Virus record (IMG/VR): IMGVR_UViG_3300045988_182880
Span: 1 to 64,000 of that record
Length of the DNA stretch: 64,000 nt
From: a virus
Reading direction: 5' to 3' (one strand)
Position 1 is the first letter of the stretch; every line of letters begins with the position of its first letter. The notes under the pieces are model-generated. The model worked only from the letters and a program-made list of their open reading frames with translations. It did no database searches and was not told where the DNA came from. The position numbers were made by a program, and so were the translations under genes. Positions 10,254-20,692 of the stretch are shown piece after piece.

Positions 10254-11276
10254 ATGAAAAAAGTTGTATCATTAGCACTTTCGGCTTTGCTTCTTCTTTC
10301 TCTGACCGCCTGTAGCAGCTCTAACACTACCAGTACTGCTGCCAGCAGTGCAGCTACATCTGATGCTGCATCCTCCGAGGAAAGCACCAGCGACTCTTCA
10401 ACGAGTACTGCAAGTAGTGCTGCCGATAGTACAACGGCTGAACCTGACATCCAGTTCGATGAGAGTTTCCAGCCACAGACGATTGCCGACAACGATACCT
10501 GTACCATCATCTTGCAGAGCGTTGGCTATGATGATGACTACGGATACTACTGGAAGATTAACTTCCAGAACAAAACGGATGACAAAACTCTTTGCGCTAT
10601 CACAAGCAGCTCGTCCTTGAATGGAATCCCGGCAGATACCAGTTGGTTCCCGGAAATTGGACCAGGAGTGAAAACCACCGAGGTCGTTTCGTGGGATAAA
10701 GCAGGACTGGAAATCTATGGAGTGAAACCGCAAGACATCGATACCGTCAAACTTCACATCGATGTCTATGATGAAGCAGAATGGGATGTGTCGAATCGTG
10801 ATGACCCTGTCGATGATGACTTTGTGATTTATCCGAAAGGTGAAGAGAACGCGACAGAACCAAAACACGAGATTCAGCCCACGGATATTGTGCTGTTCGA
10901 CAATAATGCCTGCAGCATGGTCATTTGCGGATTCTATTCCGACAGCTTCATGGGCTATACGGCGAAAGCCTACTATCAGAACAAGACGGATGACCGTATC
11001 GATATCATTTTGGACAAAGGCTCTATCAATGGCTTTGAATGTACCCCGGAAGGAGCGGCACTACTGGAACCACATTCCAACGCCTATGTTGACATTCGTT
11101 GGCAAGAATATGCTGAAACTTATGCAGAGAATGGCAACGACCCAACATCCATCACAGAAATTGTAATGCCAGTTTTTGTGAGAAAAGACACAGGGAACAA
11201 TACGGTATACATTGATGCCACTTATTCTATTGACCCGCAGGCAAGAACTGCAACGCCGATAGTGAACCCCCAATGA
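10254..11276 (+). CDS. Lipoprotein with two tandem homologous domains (unknown function)
   Basis: AAGGAG RBS is present. The signal peptide MKKVVSLALSALLLLSLTAC carries a lipobox. A Ser/Thr-rich linker follows. Two repeated about 120-aa domains each contain YxxK(A/I)xxQNKTDD. Confidence 0.6.
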   Translation: MKKVVSLALSALLLLSLTACSSSNTTSTAASSAATSDAASSEESTSDSSTSTASSAADSTTAEPDIQFDESFQPQTIADNDTCTIILQSVGYDDDYGYYWKINFQNKTDDKTLCAITSSSSLNGIPADTSWFPEIGPGVKTTEVVSWDKAGLEIYGVKPQDIDTVKLHIDVYDEAEWDVSNRDDPVDDDFVIYPKGEENATEPKHEIQPTDIVLFDNNACSMVICGFYSDSFMGYTAKAYYQNKTDDRIDIILDKGSINGFECTPEGAALLEPHSNAYVDIRWQEYAETYAENGNDPTSITEIVMPVFVRKDTGNNTVYIDATYSIDPQARTATPIVNPQ

Positions 11277-11410
11277 TAGTCGCATGATTTTCCGAAACCA
11301 AAAAACTTCTGGAATAGCAGCAAAACTTTTCTGAGTTCAGAAAACTTTTGGCATTTTTGGAAAAAGTTTCTGGAATGGGAAAACTCTCCGGCTTTTTGGA
11401 ATGAAAAAAT

Positions 11411-11450
11411 AAAAGCGCTCACCATTTTTCGGTGGGCGCTTTTCTTCATA
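11411..11450. terminator. Bidirectional rho-independent terminator
   Basis: AAAAGCGCTCACCATTTTTCGGTGGGCGCTTTTCTT forms a hairpin with flanking A/T runs between convergent genes. Confidence 0.55.
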
Positions 11451-11475
11451 AATCAGGGCAAGGAGACCCGCGACT

Positions 11476-13020
11476 TTAGTCGTGGGCTATTGACTCTTCA
11501 GTTTTCTTTTTCAGCCATTGTCTTCTCACAAACGGCGTGACATAAGTTTCATCACTCTTCAGCTCATAGCCATAGCTTTCAGCTATCAGGATGGCACGTT
11601 CGCTTGCTTTCTGTCCGGCAGGCAGGTGGCGAATGAAACCATTGATGTTTTTGGACGAAGCATCATATTTGGATTTGTCGAACACCCGCAGCGGCTCGTC
11701 GTCATCATTGCCTTTCTTGCGATAATCGCGGGGCTTTCCGCCAATCATCAGACAACGAATCCCGAATGGAGCATCCGCATGTGTCACAAACGAAGACCGG
11801 AACGACGCATCAGTGGGCAGGACATCCGGCAAATCACAGGCGAGAGAAGTGTACAGCCAGAGAATCAGATTCGTGACGCTGTCAACCAGCTCTGGAAATT
11901 GAGCTCGGTCAGTCAAAATATAAAACCACTCGGTGCTTGTGTTATAGTATCCGGCCAGGTCACCGAACTTGGTTACGATTTTATACAGACACACAATCTC
12001 GTTGTCGCGGCAAGTCTCTTTCAGCTTAATTTCCTGTATCAGCTGGCAGGCATCAAACTGAAACAATGCACCGTTGGCGGGAAGAGTTCTGCGGCGATGG
12101 TGCAGCGTATCTTTCAGAAACTCTGTCGTATATTTGGGTGAGATGGGCTTTGGCCACCAGGACCACATGTTCGGAGTATTCTCAATCAGCGGCTTGTCCG
12201 GCAGCATGTCCACGGTATACTCGTTCACATAGGTAGCCATCGAAAGAACCGTGTTTGTATACAAATGCGAGAGCAAAGCGAGGTCGTTGATGCTATCGAA
12301 ATCTGCTACATTCTCATAGCCATAACGCTTGTAGTACGAAAAGACCATATCCAGGCGTCTATCTTCAGAAATCTGAAAATCGCATTTATCGTATGGCCGA
12401 TTATTGAAAAGGGCTTCACTATAATAGACTGGAACATCCGCAAGGGGATAGGGGTCCCGAATGATAATAGGCTCATTCTCAGTCGAAATGCCAACAATGT
12501 TGTTCACAATGTCAAATTCCTGAGGCTTGAGGTATTCGCTTCCCTGCATCAGCATATCGATTACCGCGTACAAGACAGAATCATTACGTTCCACATTTTC
12601 GTCAATGGATAATCCTGAATGAACACATTCCTGCGCATAGGCAATAGCCTTGAAATACAGAGCATAGTCCTTATTCTTCTTGATGGGCTTTGTGAGCCCC
12701 TGCAAAAACTGATGATAGCCTTTAATGAACTTGTCGGGGTTTGCCATGGCAAGCTCTACCTGAGAGCTGACGGCCTCAATGATGGGTTTGCACTCCTCAG
12801 CTTCACGGACCAGGTGAAAGAGGAAAGTAGATGCTTTCGCAAAATCCATGTCATGCAATGTCGTCGCAACCTGGCAAGCGCTGGACAGGGTTCTTCTCTG
12901 AAATACCCAGATAGACTCGCCCTTGCTCCGATATTTCTTATCCCATACCGGTGCGTATTTATCGACTAAGGTATTACCGAAATCTTCCTGCACTGCCAAA
13001 ACACCATTTTCGTTCTGCAC
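11476..13020 (-). CDS. Hypothetical 514-aa protein, downstream partner of the ART-HD gene (same operon)
   Basis: A long ORF lies 10 nt downstream of the 13031-14491 gene on the same strand. No recognisable motifs were found. Confidence 0.5.
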   Translation of the reverse strand: MQNENGVLAVQEDFGNTLVDKYAPVWDKKYRSKGESIWVFQRRTLSSACQVATTLHDMDFAKASTFLFHLVREAEECKPIIEAVSSQVELAMANPDKFIKGYHQFLQGLTKPIKKNKDYALYFKAIAYAQECVHSGLSIDENVERNDSVLYAVIDMLMQGSEYLKPQEFDIVNNIVGISTENEPIIIRDPYPLADVPVYYSEALFNNRPYDKCDFQISEDRRLDMVFSYYKRYGYENVADFDSINDLALLSHLYTNTVLSMATYVNEYTVDMLPDKPLIENTPNMWSWWPKPISPKYTTEFLKDTLHHRRRTLPANGALFQFDACQLIQEIKLKETCRDNEIVCLYKIVTKFGDLAGYYNTSTEWFYILTDRAQFPELVDSVTNLILWLYTSLACDLPDVLPTDASFRSSFVTHADAPFGIRCLMIGGKPRDYRKKGNDDDEPLRVFDKSKYDASSKNINGFIRHLPAGQKASERAILIAESYGYELKSDETYVTPFVRRQWLKKKTEESIAHD

Positions 13021-13030
13021 GGTATCCTCC

Positions 13031-14491
13031 TTACAACTTTAACTGCCCCACACAACTCTGCGCAGTGGGCAGTAGTTTGTGGGTTATCTCGTTGCGGAAA
13101 TACTTAGGGTCCACGGCCCGCATCCCGAACCGCACACGGTCTAAAGCATCTGCATCCTTGAGAATCGTATATAGCAGCCACACCCGTTCTTTGTCCCGGA
13201 TATTGGATGCTTTGAGGTCTGCAAGAGCTTTGCGGTCGTCTAAGCAATGATATTCGATGAGGAAAGCAGTTGCCGAATTGCATTCGGGAACAGCATCATA
13301 ATAAATGTCATTGGACTTTGCTCCGTGACTGTCATCGACATCATCATTCGTCCGCCCAATATCATGATAAAGAATCGCATCACATAGCTGGTGGGATTCT
13401 TTTTTTGTTAAGGCAATGCCCTGAACCTGAACCAAAAGCAGCGCATCAAAGAGAACTCGCAGCGTATGCTCGGCGTCGTGCTCCTCATCATTAGCCCGGC
13501 CATAAGCATCATACAGAGTGGAAATGCGGCTCCGGTAGCGCTGGTAGAGAGGAAAGAACGCCTGAATTTCATCTGTCAGAGCGTTAATGCCGTATAGTGT
13601 ATCGACCTTTCTATCTTTTACGGCAGCCGGTGGGACAAGAACCTCTTTTTCTTCATCATTCGGAAAATACTCGATGATGTCACATTTGCTGACATGGGCA
13701 GTGATGATTCTGCTGTTCTCGAGACTCGGGATGCGGCAGGCAAAGAAACAGGCTACCTTGTAGCTTGTGGTCCAGGAGAAAGATTTCTCGTATGGAGTTG
13801 ATTTGCTTCCTTCCCCACGATAGATGGTCACAATATCTGGCAGGCTGGATAGCTTCTTTTCAGTGTTCTGCTTTTGTTTCTGAGACTTTCCAGAAAAGAC
13901 TTTCTGAAGGTTATCCTCTTTGAGAGCCGAGAACCCAAAATCACTGGTACGATAGAAGTCCAAAAAAAGTGCGTATAGATTCTCACCCGGACTGGACAAC
14001 TCAATGTATTTAGAAAGAACCGATACACGCAGGCTGTCTTCCAGGGAAAAGAGGTAGCCGCGAATGAAGGGGACGTTTCCCGATGAGATTTTCTCGGCCA
14101 TATCCAGAATTCTCTGCTGAAACTTTTCGTCCGATTCGCTGTTCACAGCCAGACGCTTGTCCCCGTAAATGTTCAGAGAGAGAACAATGGGAACGGTCGT
14201 GCTATCGAGCTCGCAATAATAGAGAGGAGCAAGCATATTGTGCGCAGCATAGATTCTGTCGACAGGAAGCCTCGGATACTTCTTAGCAAATTCGTTGGCC
14301 GTTAAGCCGACACTGTAGCCTTCTTTGTAGTACCGTTCAATATCCGCGCTCGTCTGCACTGCAGTGAGGGGTAGCATCGTCTCGAGACTTGCTTGGTTGA
14401 CGCTTACAAGAATATCCCCGACCGTCATTGTTTTTCGGACTTCCAACTTTTCACGGGTTGCCCCGTTACTCAGTATGGATTTCTGCTTCAT
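13031..14491 (-). CDS. Predicted R-S-E mono-ADP-ribosyltransferase fused to an HD phosphohydrolase domain (N-terminal 230 aa unknown)
   Basis: ART triad: TIYRGEG (Arg), SFSWTTS (STS-like) and NDEEKEVLVPP (E-x-E with the VL-P signature). HD motifs: EHTLRV, LYHDIGR, DSHGAKS, EYHCLDD and KDADALDR. Confidence 0.55.
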   Translation of the reverse strand: MKQKSILSNGATREKLEVRKTMTVGDILVSVNQASLETMLPLTAVQTSADIERYYKEGYSVGLTANEFAKKYPRLPVDRIYAAHNMLAPLYYCELDSTTVPIVLSLNIYGDKRLAVNSESDEKFQQRILDMAEKISSGNVPFIRGYLFSLEDSLRVSVLSKYIELSSPGENLYALFLDFYRTSDFGFSALKEDNLQKVFSGKSQKQKQNTEKKLSSLPDIVTIYRGEGSKSTPYEKSFSWTTSYKVACFFACRIPSLENSRIITAHVSKCDIIEYFPNDEEKEVLVPPAAVKDRKVDTLYGINALTDEIQAFFPLYQRYRSRISTLYDAYGRANDEEHDAEHTLRVLFDALLLVQVQGIALTKKESHQLCDAILYHDIGRTNDDVDDSHGAKSNDIYYDAVPECNSATAFLIEYHCLDDRKALADLKASNIRDKERVWLLYTILKDADALDRVRFGMRAVDPKYFRNEITHKLLPTAQSCVGQLKL

Positions 14492-14585
14492 AGAGCGAAC
14501 TTACCGCAGGCCGCAGCCCTTGATAGAGGCTCACTCTCCACAGACTTTAAGATTCGGTCGTCCTGACCGTACTGTTCGCCTGTGG

Positions 14586-15695
14586 TTATGAGGTGGCTGG
14601 CATAGCCAGCATGTCCATTCCTTTCTTTAGAATATTTTCTGCTGCATTTTTATCCCTATCGTGTGATGTATTACACTTCGGGCAGACCCAATGCCGCACG
14701 TTGAGGCTTTTAACCTCTTTGTTTTGGTATCCGCAGCAGGAACAGGTCTGGCTGCTTGGATAAAAGGTTGGTATTTTCACAACCACTCTTCCTGCCCAAC
14801 TAGATTTGTAATCAAGCTGTCGGAAGAACTCTCCCCAAGAAGCATCGGAAATGCTTTTAGCAAGGTTATGATTACGAACCATACCCTTTACATTGAGGTC
14901 TTCTACACAGATGATTTGGTTTTCTTTCACCAGTGTAGATGACAATTTGTGTAGGGTATCTTTTCGTTTGTTAGCTACTTTTTCGTGGCAGCGAACTACT
15001 TTGATGCGCTGCTTTTCCCAGTTGGCAGAGCCTTTCTTTTTGCGTGACAGCTTTTTCTGTTCGCGCTTTAGTTTAGCTTCCGCTTTCTGAAGATACTTAT
15101 GGTTTGGATGTTCGTTTCCATTGCTGTCAACAGCAAAAGATTTGATGCCAACATCCAAGCCGATAGCGGCATTCTTAACAGGAAGCGGTGCTACTTCTAC
15201 TTCGCAAAGAATGCTTACATAGTATTTTCCGCTTGCTGAACGACGGATTGTTGCCTTGCAAATACGACCTTCAATGTTGCGGCTTTTGCGATAGCGCACC
15301 TTTCCAAGTGTAGGAAGTTGAATGTACTTATCGTCAACTTTAATGCTTTTTGCTTTAGTAGTTGTATAACTTTCTTCTCCTCTTTTTCGTTTGAATTGAG
15401 GGAATCCTTTACCGTCTTTGAAAAAGCCTTTATAGGCATTATCTAACTGACGACAGCTATATTTGAGTGCTTGGCTATCCGCTTCAGCAAGCCAAGGAAG
15501 ATAGGTCTTCATCTGAGGAAGTAGATTTTGCGTATCAATATAGCTCATGCTTTCGCCGCGCCGCCTATAGGCTTTTATTCGCCTATCTAATATAGAGTTA
15601 TATATAAAGCGGCAGCAGCCGAGCGTTTTATTGATTTTTACTTCCTGCTCTTCTGTAGGCTCTAGCCGAAATTTATAGCCTTTATGTACTTTCAA
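14586..15695 (-). CDS. tnpB: TnpB (IS200/IS605 OrfB) RNA-guided nuclease
   Basis: The N-terminus [17 protein letters not shown] is the classic TnpB start. RuvC-I is [12 protein letters not shown] CxxC...CPKC zinc finger is present, and RuvC-III is [10 protein letters not shown]. Confidence 0.85.
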   Translation of the reverse strand: MKVHKGYKFRLEPTEEQEVKINKTLGCCRFIYNSILDRRIKAYRRRGESMSYIDTQNLLPQMKTYLPWLAEADSQALKYSCRQLDNAYKGFFKDGKGFPQFKRKRGEESYTTTKAKSIKVDDKYIQLPTLGKVRYRKSRNIEGRICKATIRRSASGKYYVSILCEVEVAPLPVKNAAIGLDVGIKSFAVDSNGNEHPNHKYLQKAEAKLKREQKKLSRKKKGSANWEKQRIKVVRCHEKVANKRKDTLHKLSSTLVKENQIICVEDLNVKGMVRNHNLAKSISDASWGEFFRQLDYKSSWAGRVVVKIPTFYPSSQTCSCCGYQNKEVKSLNVRHWVCPKCNTSHDRDKNAAENILKKGMDMLAMPATS

Positions 15696-15900
15696 GGTGA
15701 TTCACCTCCTTTATGGATTTTTGTACTTGTGAATTGGTCAAACCCCCGGAAAAAGTTGAATAGCCTGTTTTTCTCCTCCCACAATTCTTTCTAACATAAT
15801 TATATCATATTTTACAGATGGACGGGCCAAAATCGCAACTTTGTTCATGAATACTTAACCTTTATGCACGAGATTTATTGTTGCCCTAATATATAAAACG

Positions 15901-15930
15901 AGAGCCCCGTCATCTTGGATGGGGCTCTTG
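15901..15930. terminator. Hairpin terminator GAGCCCCGTCATCTTGGATGGGGCTCTT
   Basis: Perfect 9-bp stem with flanking T/A runs. Confidence 0.4.
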
Positions 15931-16056
15931 AGTTGTAGCTGGAGGTGTATCTCATTTTGTGTCAGGGGTATTGTATGGTAGTTTTCGAAAATGAGTGCAA
16001 AAAAACAAACACCAGAAGTCAAACTCAAAAATATCTTAGTCTTGGCAAGTTTACCC

Positions 16057-16084
16057 TTGCGCCGCTGTGCGAACCTCATAAAAT
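16057..16084 (+). promoter_or_regulatory. Promoter with conserved GTGCGAA spacer box (box k): TTGCGC-16-TAAAAT
   Basis: The spacer cgCTGTGCGAAcctca is a member of the 11-copy motif family. Confidence 0.4.
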
Positions 16085-16223
16085 AGAAATTGTACAAGAG
16101 AAACGGCAAGAGACATTTGTAGTGATTGTAGTTGGTCGCCACGAATCGATGCCGTGTCTGCTTGCGCATAATTACCTCTTTTCGAAGCCCACAGGTCATT
16201 CTCTCACCTGTGGGTTTTGTTTA

Positions 16224-16252
16224 TTGCGGAATCGTGCGAATTGCAGACAATT
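16224..16252 (+). promoter_or_regulatory. Promoter with conserved box (a): TTGCGG-17-ACAATT, spacer aatcGTGCGAATTGCAg
   Basis: Motif family. It precedes the flotillin gene. Confidence 0.5.
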
Positions 16253-16344
16253 AAAGACAGAGCGATTGTGAGATGGGGCGATACCGATGCAGTAGGGATG
16301 AGAATCTTAGCAGCTAAAAAACTGAATGTGGAGAAATAAAAATT

Positions 16345-17988
16345 ATGGTATACGTGATTGGAATTGTAGCAGCCCTGATTATTCTCTTTGGATTTCTCTG
16401 CTACAAGAAAGCTCCGCCCACGGAGGCTATCGTTGTAACTGGCTTTGGCCTGTCTAAGCCTAAAGTGGTTTGCGGAAAGGGTACATTTGTTCTGCCCGTT
16501 CTTCAACGGGCTGACCGACTAAATATGCGCCTTTTGAAAATCGATGTCAAGACTCCTGAAACAGGTGTTAAGACGAAGAACGGCGTAAGTCTCTGGATTG
16601 ACTCTGTTGTCACGATTCAAGTCTACAGCGAAAACTCTACCGTTCTGGATGAAGAAGTGAAGGCATCCGGTCTGAAAGACGCCAAGGCGTACATCATGTC
16701 CCGCCAGCAGGCAGCCATCTCGAACTTTCTCGGCATGAACGAGCAGGGCATCAATGACAAAGTCAATGACGTTCTGCAGGGCAATTTGCGAGAGATTGTC
16801 TCCGATATGACCGTTGACCAAATTCTGACGAACCGCAAGCAGATGGCTGTGAGCGTTATCGAGAATGCTCGCCCCGACCTTGCTAAGATGGGACTTGAGG
16901 TCGTGACTTTTAATGTCCAGGACATCAGGGATGCAGTGGATGTTCAGGGCCACAACCACGGCGTTATCGAAGCTATCGGCATCGAACAGGAAGAGCTCGT
17001 AAAGAAACAGGCTGAAATTGCCCGTGCTCAGGCTGCCCGTGATGTAGCCTGCGCAAAGGCCGATGCTGAGATGGCTGCAAATGCCAAGGAAGTTGAAGCG
17101 CAGACTGCGATTGCAAAACGCAACAATGAATTGCAGCTCGCCAAGGCAAAGCTGAAAGCTGAAGCTGATAAAGCTGCGGCTGACGCAGATGCTGCCGGTC
17201 AGATTCAGATGAATCTCCGCGCCAAAGAAATCAAAGAAGCGGAAGCGGATGCTGAAATCGCCAAGCAGAAGAAAATGGTAGACCTTGCCGCACAGGAAGC
17301 CGAGGTCCAGCAACGCAAACTGGATGCGGAAGTCCGCAAACAGGCAGATGCTGACCTGTACCGCCGCCAGAAAGAGGCAGAAGCCAAGAAATATGAGGCG
17401 GAACGTGCAGCTGAGGCACAGAAGTTCTCCAAGCAGCAGGAAGCAGAAGGCATTGAACTTGTCGGTAAGGCAGAAGCTGAAGCGATTCGTCAGAAAGGCT
17501 TGGCTGAAGCGGAAGCCATGAAACAGAAAGCAGAGGCATATAAGCAGTATAACGATGCGGCTGTGGCTGAAATGCTCATCAAGGTTCTTCCTGACATTGC
17601 CAAGAGCGTGGCTCAGCCTTTGTCCAGCATTGATAAGGTTTCTATCATTGGCGGTGATGCCTCCGGCGTATCCGGCGTTTCCGGGAACGTTCCTATCCTG
17701 ATGGCTCAAACCATGCAGACGGTGAAAGAAGCGACCGGCATTGACATGGGCGAAATTGTCCGTGCCAACAGCATCCAGGCAAAGACCGACCGCAACATCA
17801 ACATTATGACTCAATGTGAACAGCCTGAGAATAACAAAGAGAAAGGAGGTGCCAAGGCAATGGAACGCGTAGAAGGCGGCTATCTGATTCATGAGAAGAG
17901 TCTCAACGGTGAGAAAGTCACTCATTTTCGACCGGATGTGACCGAAGAAGAGAAGGCTATCATGAAAGACAAAAAGGCCAAAGATTAA
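16345..17988 (+). CDS. Flotillin / SPFH (band-7) domain protein with long Ala/Glu/Lys coiled-coil
   Basis: An N-terminal TM segment is followed by an SPFH core (LPVLQRADRLNMRLLKIDV...VVTFNVQDIRD) and then an AEAKAE-rich coiled coil. Confidence 0.8.
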   Translation: MVYVIGIVAALIILFGFLCYKKAPPTEAIVVTGFGLSKPKVVCGKGTFVLPVLQRADRLNMRLLKIDVKTPETGVKTKNGVSLWIDSVVTIQVYSENSTVLDEEVKASGLKDAKAYIMSRQQAAISNFLGMNEQGINDKVNDVLQGNLREIVSDMTVDQILTNRKQMAVSVIENARPDLAKMGLEVVTFNVQDIRDAVDVQGHNHGVIEAIGIEQEELVKKQAEIARAQAARDVACAKADAEMAANAKEVEAQTAIAKRNNELQLAKAKLKAEADKAAADADAAGQIQMNLRAKEIKEAEADAEIAKQKKMVDLAAQEAEVQQRKLDAEVRKQADADLYRRQKEAEAKKYEAERAAEAQKFSKQQEAEGIELVGKAEAEAIRQKGLAEAEAMKQKAEAYKQYNDAAVAEMLIKVLPDIAKSVAQPLSSIDKVSIIGGDASGVSGVSGNVPILMAQTMQTVKEATGIDMGEIVRANSIQAKTDRNINIMTQCEQPENNKEKGGAKAMERVEGGYLIHEKSLNGEKVTHFRPDVTEEEKAIMKDKKAKD

Positions 17989-18110
17989 AGACAACGAATA
18001 AAAAGAGGGTGACTCGAAAGAGCCATCCTTTTTTCTGTTGTGACGCAAACGAAAAGTTCATGGTGGCCATCCAATTTAGGTGACTGTCTTTTTTGCATGT
18101 TAAGACTTTG

Positions 18111-18138
18111 TTGCTGAATTGTGCGAATTGAAGATAAT
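18111..18138 (+). promoter_or_regulatory. Promoter with conserved box (b): TTGCTG-16-GATAAT, spacer aattGTGCGAATTGaa
   Basis: Motif family. Confidence 0.5.
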
Positions 18139-18150
18139 TAAAAACAAAAG

Positions 18151-18996
18151 ATGCTTTGTATCAAATCGATTGAAACCGAAGAGGTGAAGTTAATGCTCGG
18201 CGTGAGTTTGATTATCATAGCAGCGGCTATAGTCTACATGGTCGAAACCTATATCAGCACCTATTACACTATCGAATACATGCACGGAACATCGCTGTTC
18301 CTTATCCTCTTTGCGAAATATGGCACGCCAGTCCTGTTCCTGCTGCTCTGCGCCTACATTGCATATCGCAATTTTCTCAAAAAGCAGAAAGCTGCGGCTT
18401 CTGCTGCATCTGAACGGCCTACAAGCAAAGAAGAGCTGTATACCAACAAAATTCAAACGGCAGTAAAGACAAAAAGCGTCTTCTCCGAGCAGGCTGACCA
18501 AATGCTGTATCAGGTACGGCGCTTCGGGCAAAAAATGGCCGTTGCCTACAGCATGACCCAGGATAGCAAGACATCCGGGGAACAAGCCAAGTGCCTAACG
18601 TTATTGGAATCCGCAGAACGTATCTTCTATGACCGACTGGATGACGCGATTCGCTCGGCTTCAATGTTTGATGAAACGGAATACAAGGCTTTCTGTCAAG
18701 GCTCTATCTCGTTTGGAAACAAAGAGGAAGCTCAGAAAAAGAAGGACATCTACAATGGTATCGTAAGTACCGTGGATAAGGTAGTTCATGACAATGAGCG
18801 CTTAATCCTCCGATTGGATTCTTTAGCATACGCTCTGAACCAACGTTCTGCCCAGAATCCGTGGGATACAGAGGTTGTGCTCGCAATGTCAAAGCTCGAT
18901 GCTGTCATTAACAAGACGACGCAGGATATTGAACAGGATGAAGATATCAGTCGTGAGGCTATGAAACGATATAACAACTTGAAAGGAGAAATTTAA
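18151..18996 (+). CDS. Membrane protein (2 TM + coiled-coil cytoplasmic domain), flotillin-associated
   Basis: The N-terminal half is hydrophobic. The start may be the internal Met at 18193. Confidence 0.45.
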   Translation: MLCIKSIETEEVKLMLGVSLIIIAAAIVYMVETYISTYYTIEYMHGTSLFLILFAKYGTPVLFLLLCAYIAYRNFLKKQKAAASAASERPTSKEELYTNKIQTAVKTKSVFSEQADQMLYQVRRFGQKMAVAYSMTQDSKTSGEQAKCLTLLESAERIFYDRLDDAIRSASMFDETEYKAFCQGSISFGNKEEAQKKKDIYNGIVSTVDKVVHDNERLILRLDSLAYALNQRSAQNPWDTEVVLAMSKLDAVINKTTQDIEQDEDISREAMKRYNNLKGEI

Positions 18997-18997
18997 C

Positions 18998-20692
18998 GTG
19001 ACAAAAAAGAACATTTTCCCTGTAGTTGCAACCATCGCCGTGGTGGGTGTTGTTCTCGGAGTATTTTCGATGACGGTGATGAGGGACTCAAACGTCAGCA
19101 TTAGTACAATGACGTCCGAGCAGGCATATGCCAACTTGAGCAGCAAGATGAAGCGCATCGGCGTGCAGGAGGTCAAGGTCAATCCTCAGCAGCTGGATGT
19201 CTCTGAATTCCTTGATGCAAAGGATGAACTGCCCGACATTGAATCCTCCTACCCATTCGTGGTCGTAGGAAACGGAGATGTGAACATCGAAATCTTTTCC
19301 TCTGGCGAGAAAGCAGCAGAGTCCGGCTCAGATTCTTTCCTGACCGAAATGGCAAAGAAGTTCAACGCCCAGCACAACAAGACTTCCGGAGACAAGACTA
19401 TGAGTGTCTCCCTGCGCTCCATTCCGTCCGGTACGGCGGCTGAGTACATCTCGACGGGAAAGTATCAGCCCGAGTGCTATACCCCCTCAAATACGCTCTT
19501 TGGCGAGCTGGTGAAGAACGAGGGCGTAGAATTGACCGTTGAGGCTGACCGTCTGGTCGGCAATGTGGCGGGTATTCTCGTATCAAAGAAGACAGGGGAT
19601 ATGCTTCGCTCTGAATACGGTGAAGCGTCTGTTTCTTCCGTTCTGAACGCAACCATCGATGGCAAACTCATGATGGGGTATTCCAACCCATATACCAGCG
19701 CAACTGGTCTTAACTTCCTGCTTGCTGCATTGGCAAGCAGCGGCAGCGATACGATTGTCGATACGGCTGCTGTTGAGAATTTCCAGAAATTTCAAGCGAA
19801 CGTCCCTCTCGTATCCTTCACGACCCAGCAGATGGTCCAGTCGGCTGACAAGGGTATCGTGGACGGTGTCGTGATGGAGTACCAGTCTTATCAGAATGAC
19901 CCAACCTTGCAGCGCAACTACGAATTCATCCCGTTCGGTGTACGGCACGATAATCCTCTGTATTCCATCGGGAATGTCTCTGCGGAGAAGAAGGAAGTTA
20001 TTGCTGCCTTCGTTTCCTTCTGCGCTCAGAACCAGGCAGAGGCGACGAAGGACGGGTTCAATGGTCTCGATGACTATGCTTATACAGGCAAGGCATACGA
20101 CGGCAACACCATCGCACAGGCTCAGAGTGTCTGGAAAGAAGAGAAGGATTCCGGCATTCCTATTGTGGCAGAGTTCGTTGTTGATACTTCCGGCTCAATG
20201 CGCGGCGAACCCCTGAATGCCCTGAAAACCGCGATGATAAACACCATCCAGTATATCAATGACGACAACTATATCGGCATCATTGGCTTTGATTCAGATG
20301 TCAGGGAATACCTGCCCATTGACCAGTTCTCTCTGACTCAGAAAACTCTGTATAAGGGTGCCGTGAACTCCCTCGATGCGAACGGCAGCACCGCAATGTA
20401 CAACGGTCTTTGCGTTGCTATGGACCGCATCTACCAGAAATCTCAGGAACTGGGTGGGAATTGCACGCCCATCATCTTTGTGCTCACGGATGGTGACAAC
20501 AATACCGGATATGGCTTCTCCGATACGAAAAACATCATTGCCGGTATGGATATCCCCATCTATACCATCAGCTACAACTACGCGGCAGACAGCCTCTCGG
20601 AACTCGCGTCAATCAACGAGGCGGCTGCTATCGTTGGTAACAGCGAGGATATCACCTACAAGCTCCGCAACTTGTTCAACGCGGAGATGTAA
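18998..20692 (+). CDS. von Willebrand factor type A (vWA) domain protein with N-terminal TM/signal
   Basis: GTG start after an AAAGGAG RBS. The C-terminal half carries the MIDAS motif VVDTSGSM. The ...LTDGDNN segment is a vWA hallmark. Confidence 0.7.
   Translation: MTKKNIFPVVATIAVVGVVLGVFSMTVMRDSNVSISTMTSEQAYANLSSKMKRIGVQEVKVNPQQLDVSEFLDAKDELPDIESSYPFVVVGNGDVNIEIFSSGEKAAESGSDSFLTEMAKKFNAQHNKTSGDKTMSVSLRSIPSGTAAEYISTGKYQPECYTPSNTLFGELVKNEGVELTVEADRLVGNVAGILVSKKTGDMLRSEYGEASVSSVLNATIDGKLMMGYSNPYTSATGLNFLLAALASSGSDTIVDTAAVENFQKFQANVPLVSFTTQQMVQSADKGIVDGVVMEYQSYQNDPTLQRNYEFIPFGVRHDNPLYSIGNVSAEKKEVIAAFVSFCAQNQAEATKDGFNGLDDYAYTGKAYDGNTIAQAQSVWKEEKDSGIPIVAEFVVDTSGSMRGEPLNALKTAMINTIQYINDDNYIGIIGFDSDVREYLPIDQFSLTQKTLYKGAVNSLDANGSTAMYNGLCVAMDRIYQKSQELGGNCTPIIFVLTDGDNNTGYGFSDTKNIIAGMDIPIYTISYNYAADSLSELASINEAAAIVGNSEDITYKLRNLFNAEM

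Noticed and set aside
11300-11410. Reiterated TTYTGGAAT words after the lipoprotein gene
   Set aside because: Low-complexity A/T-rich 3' UTR. There is no consistent spacing or palindrome, so it is not assigned a function.
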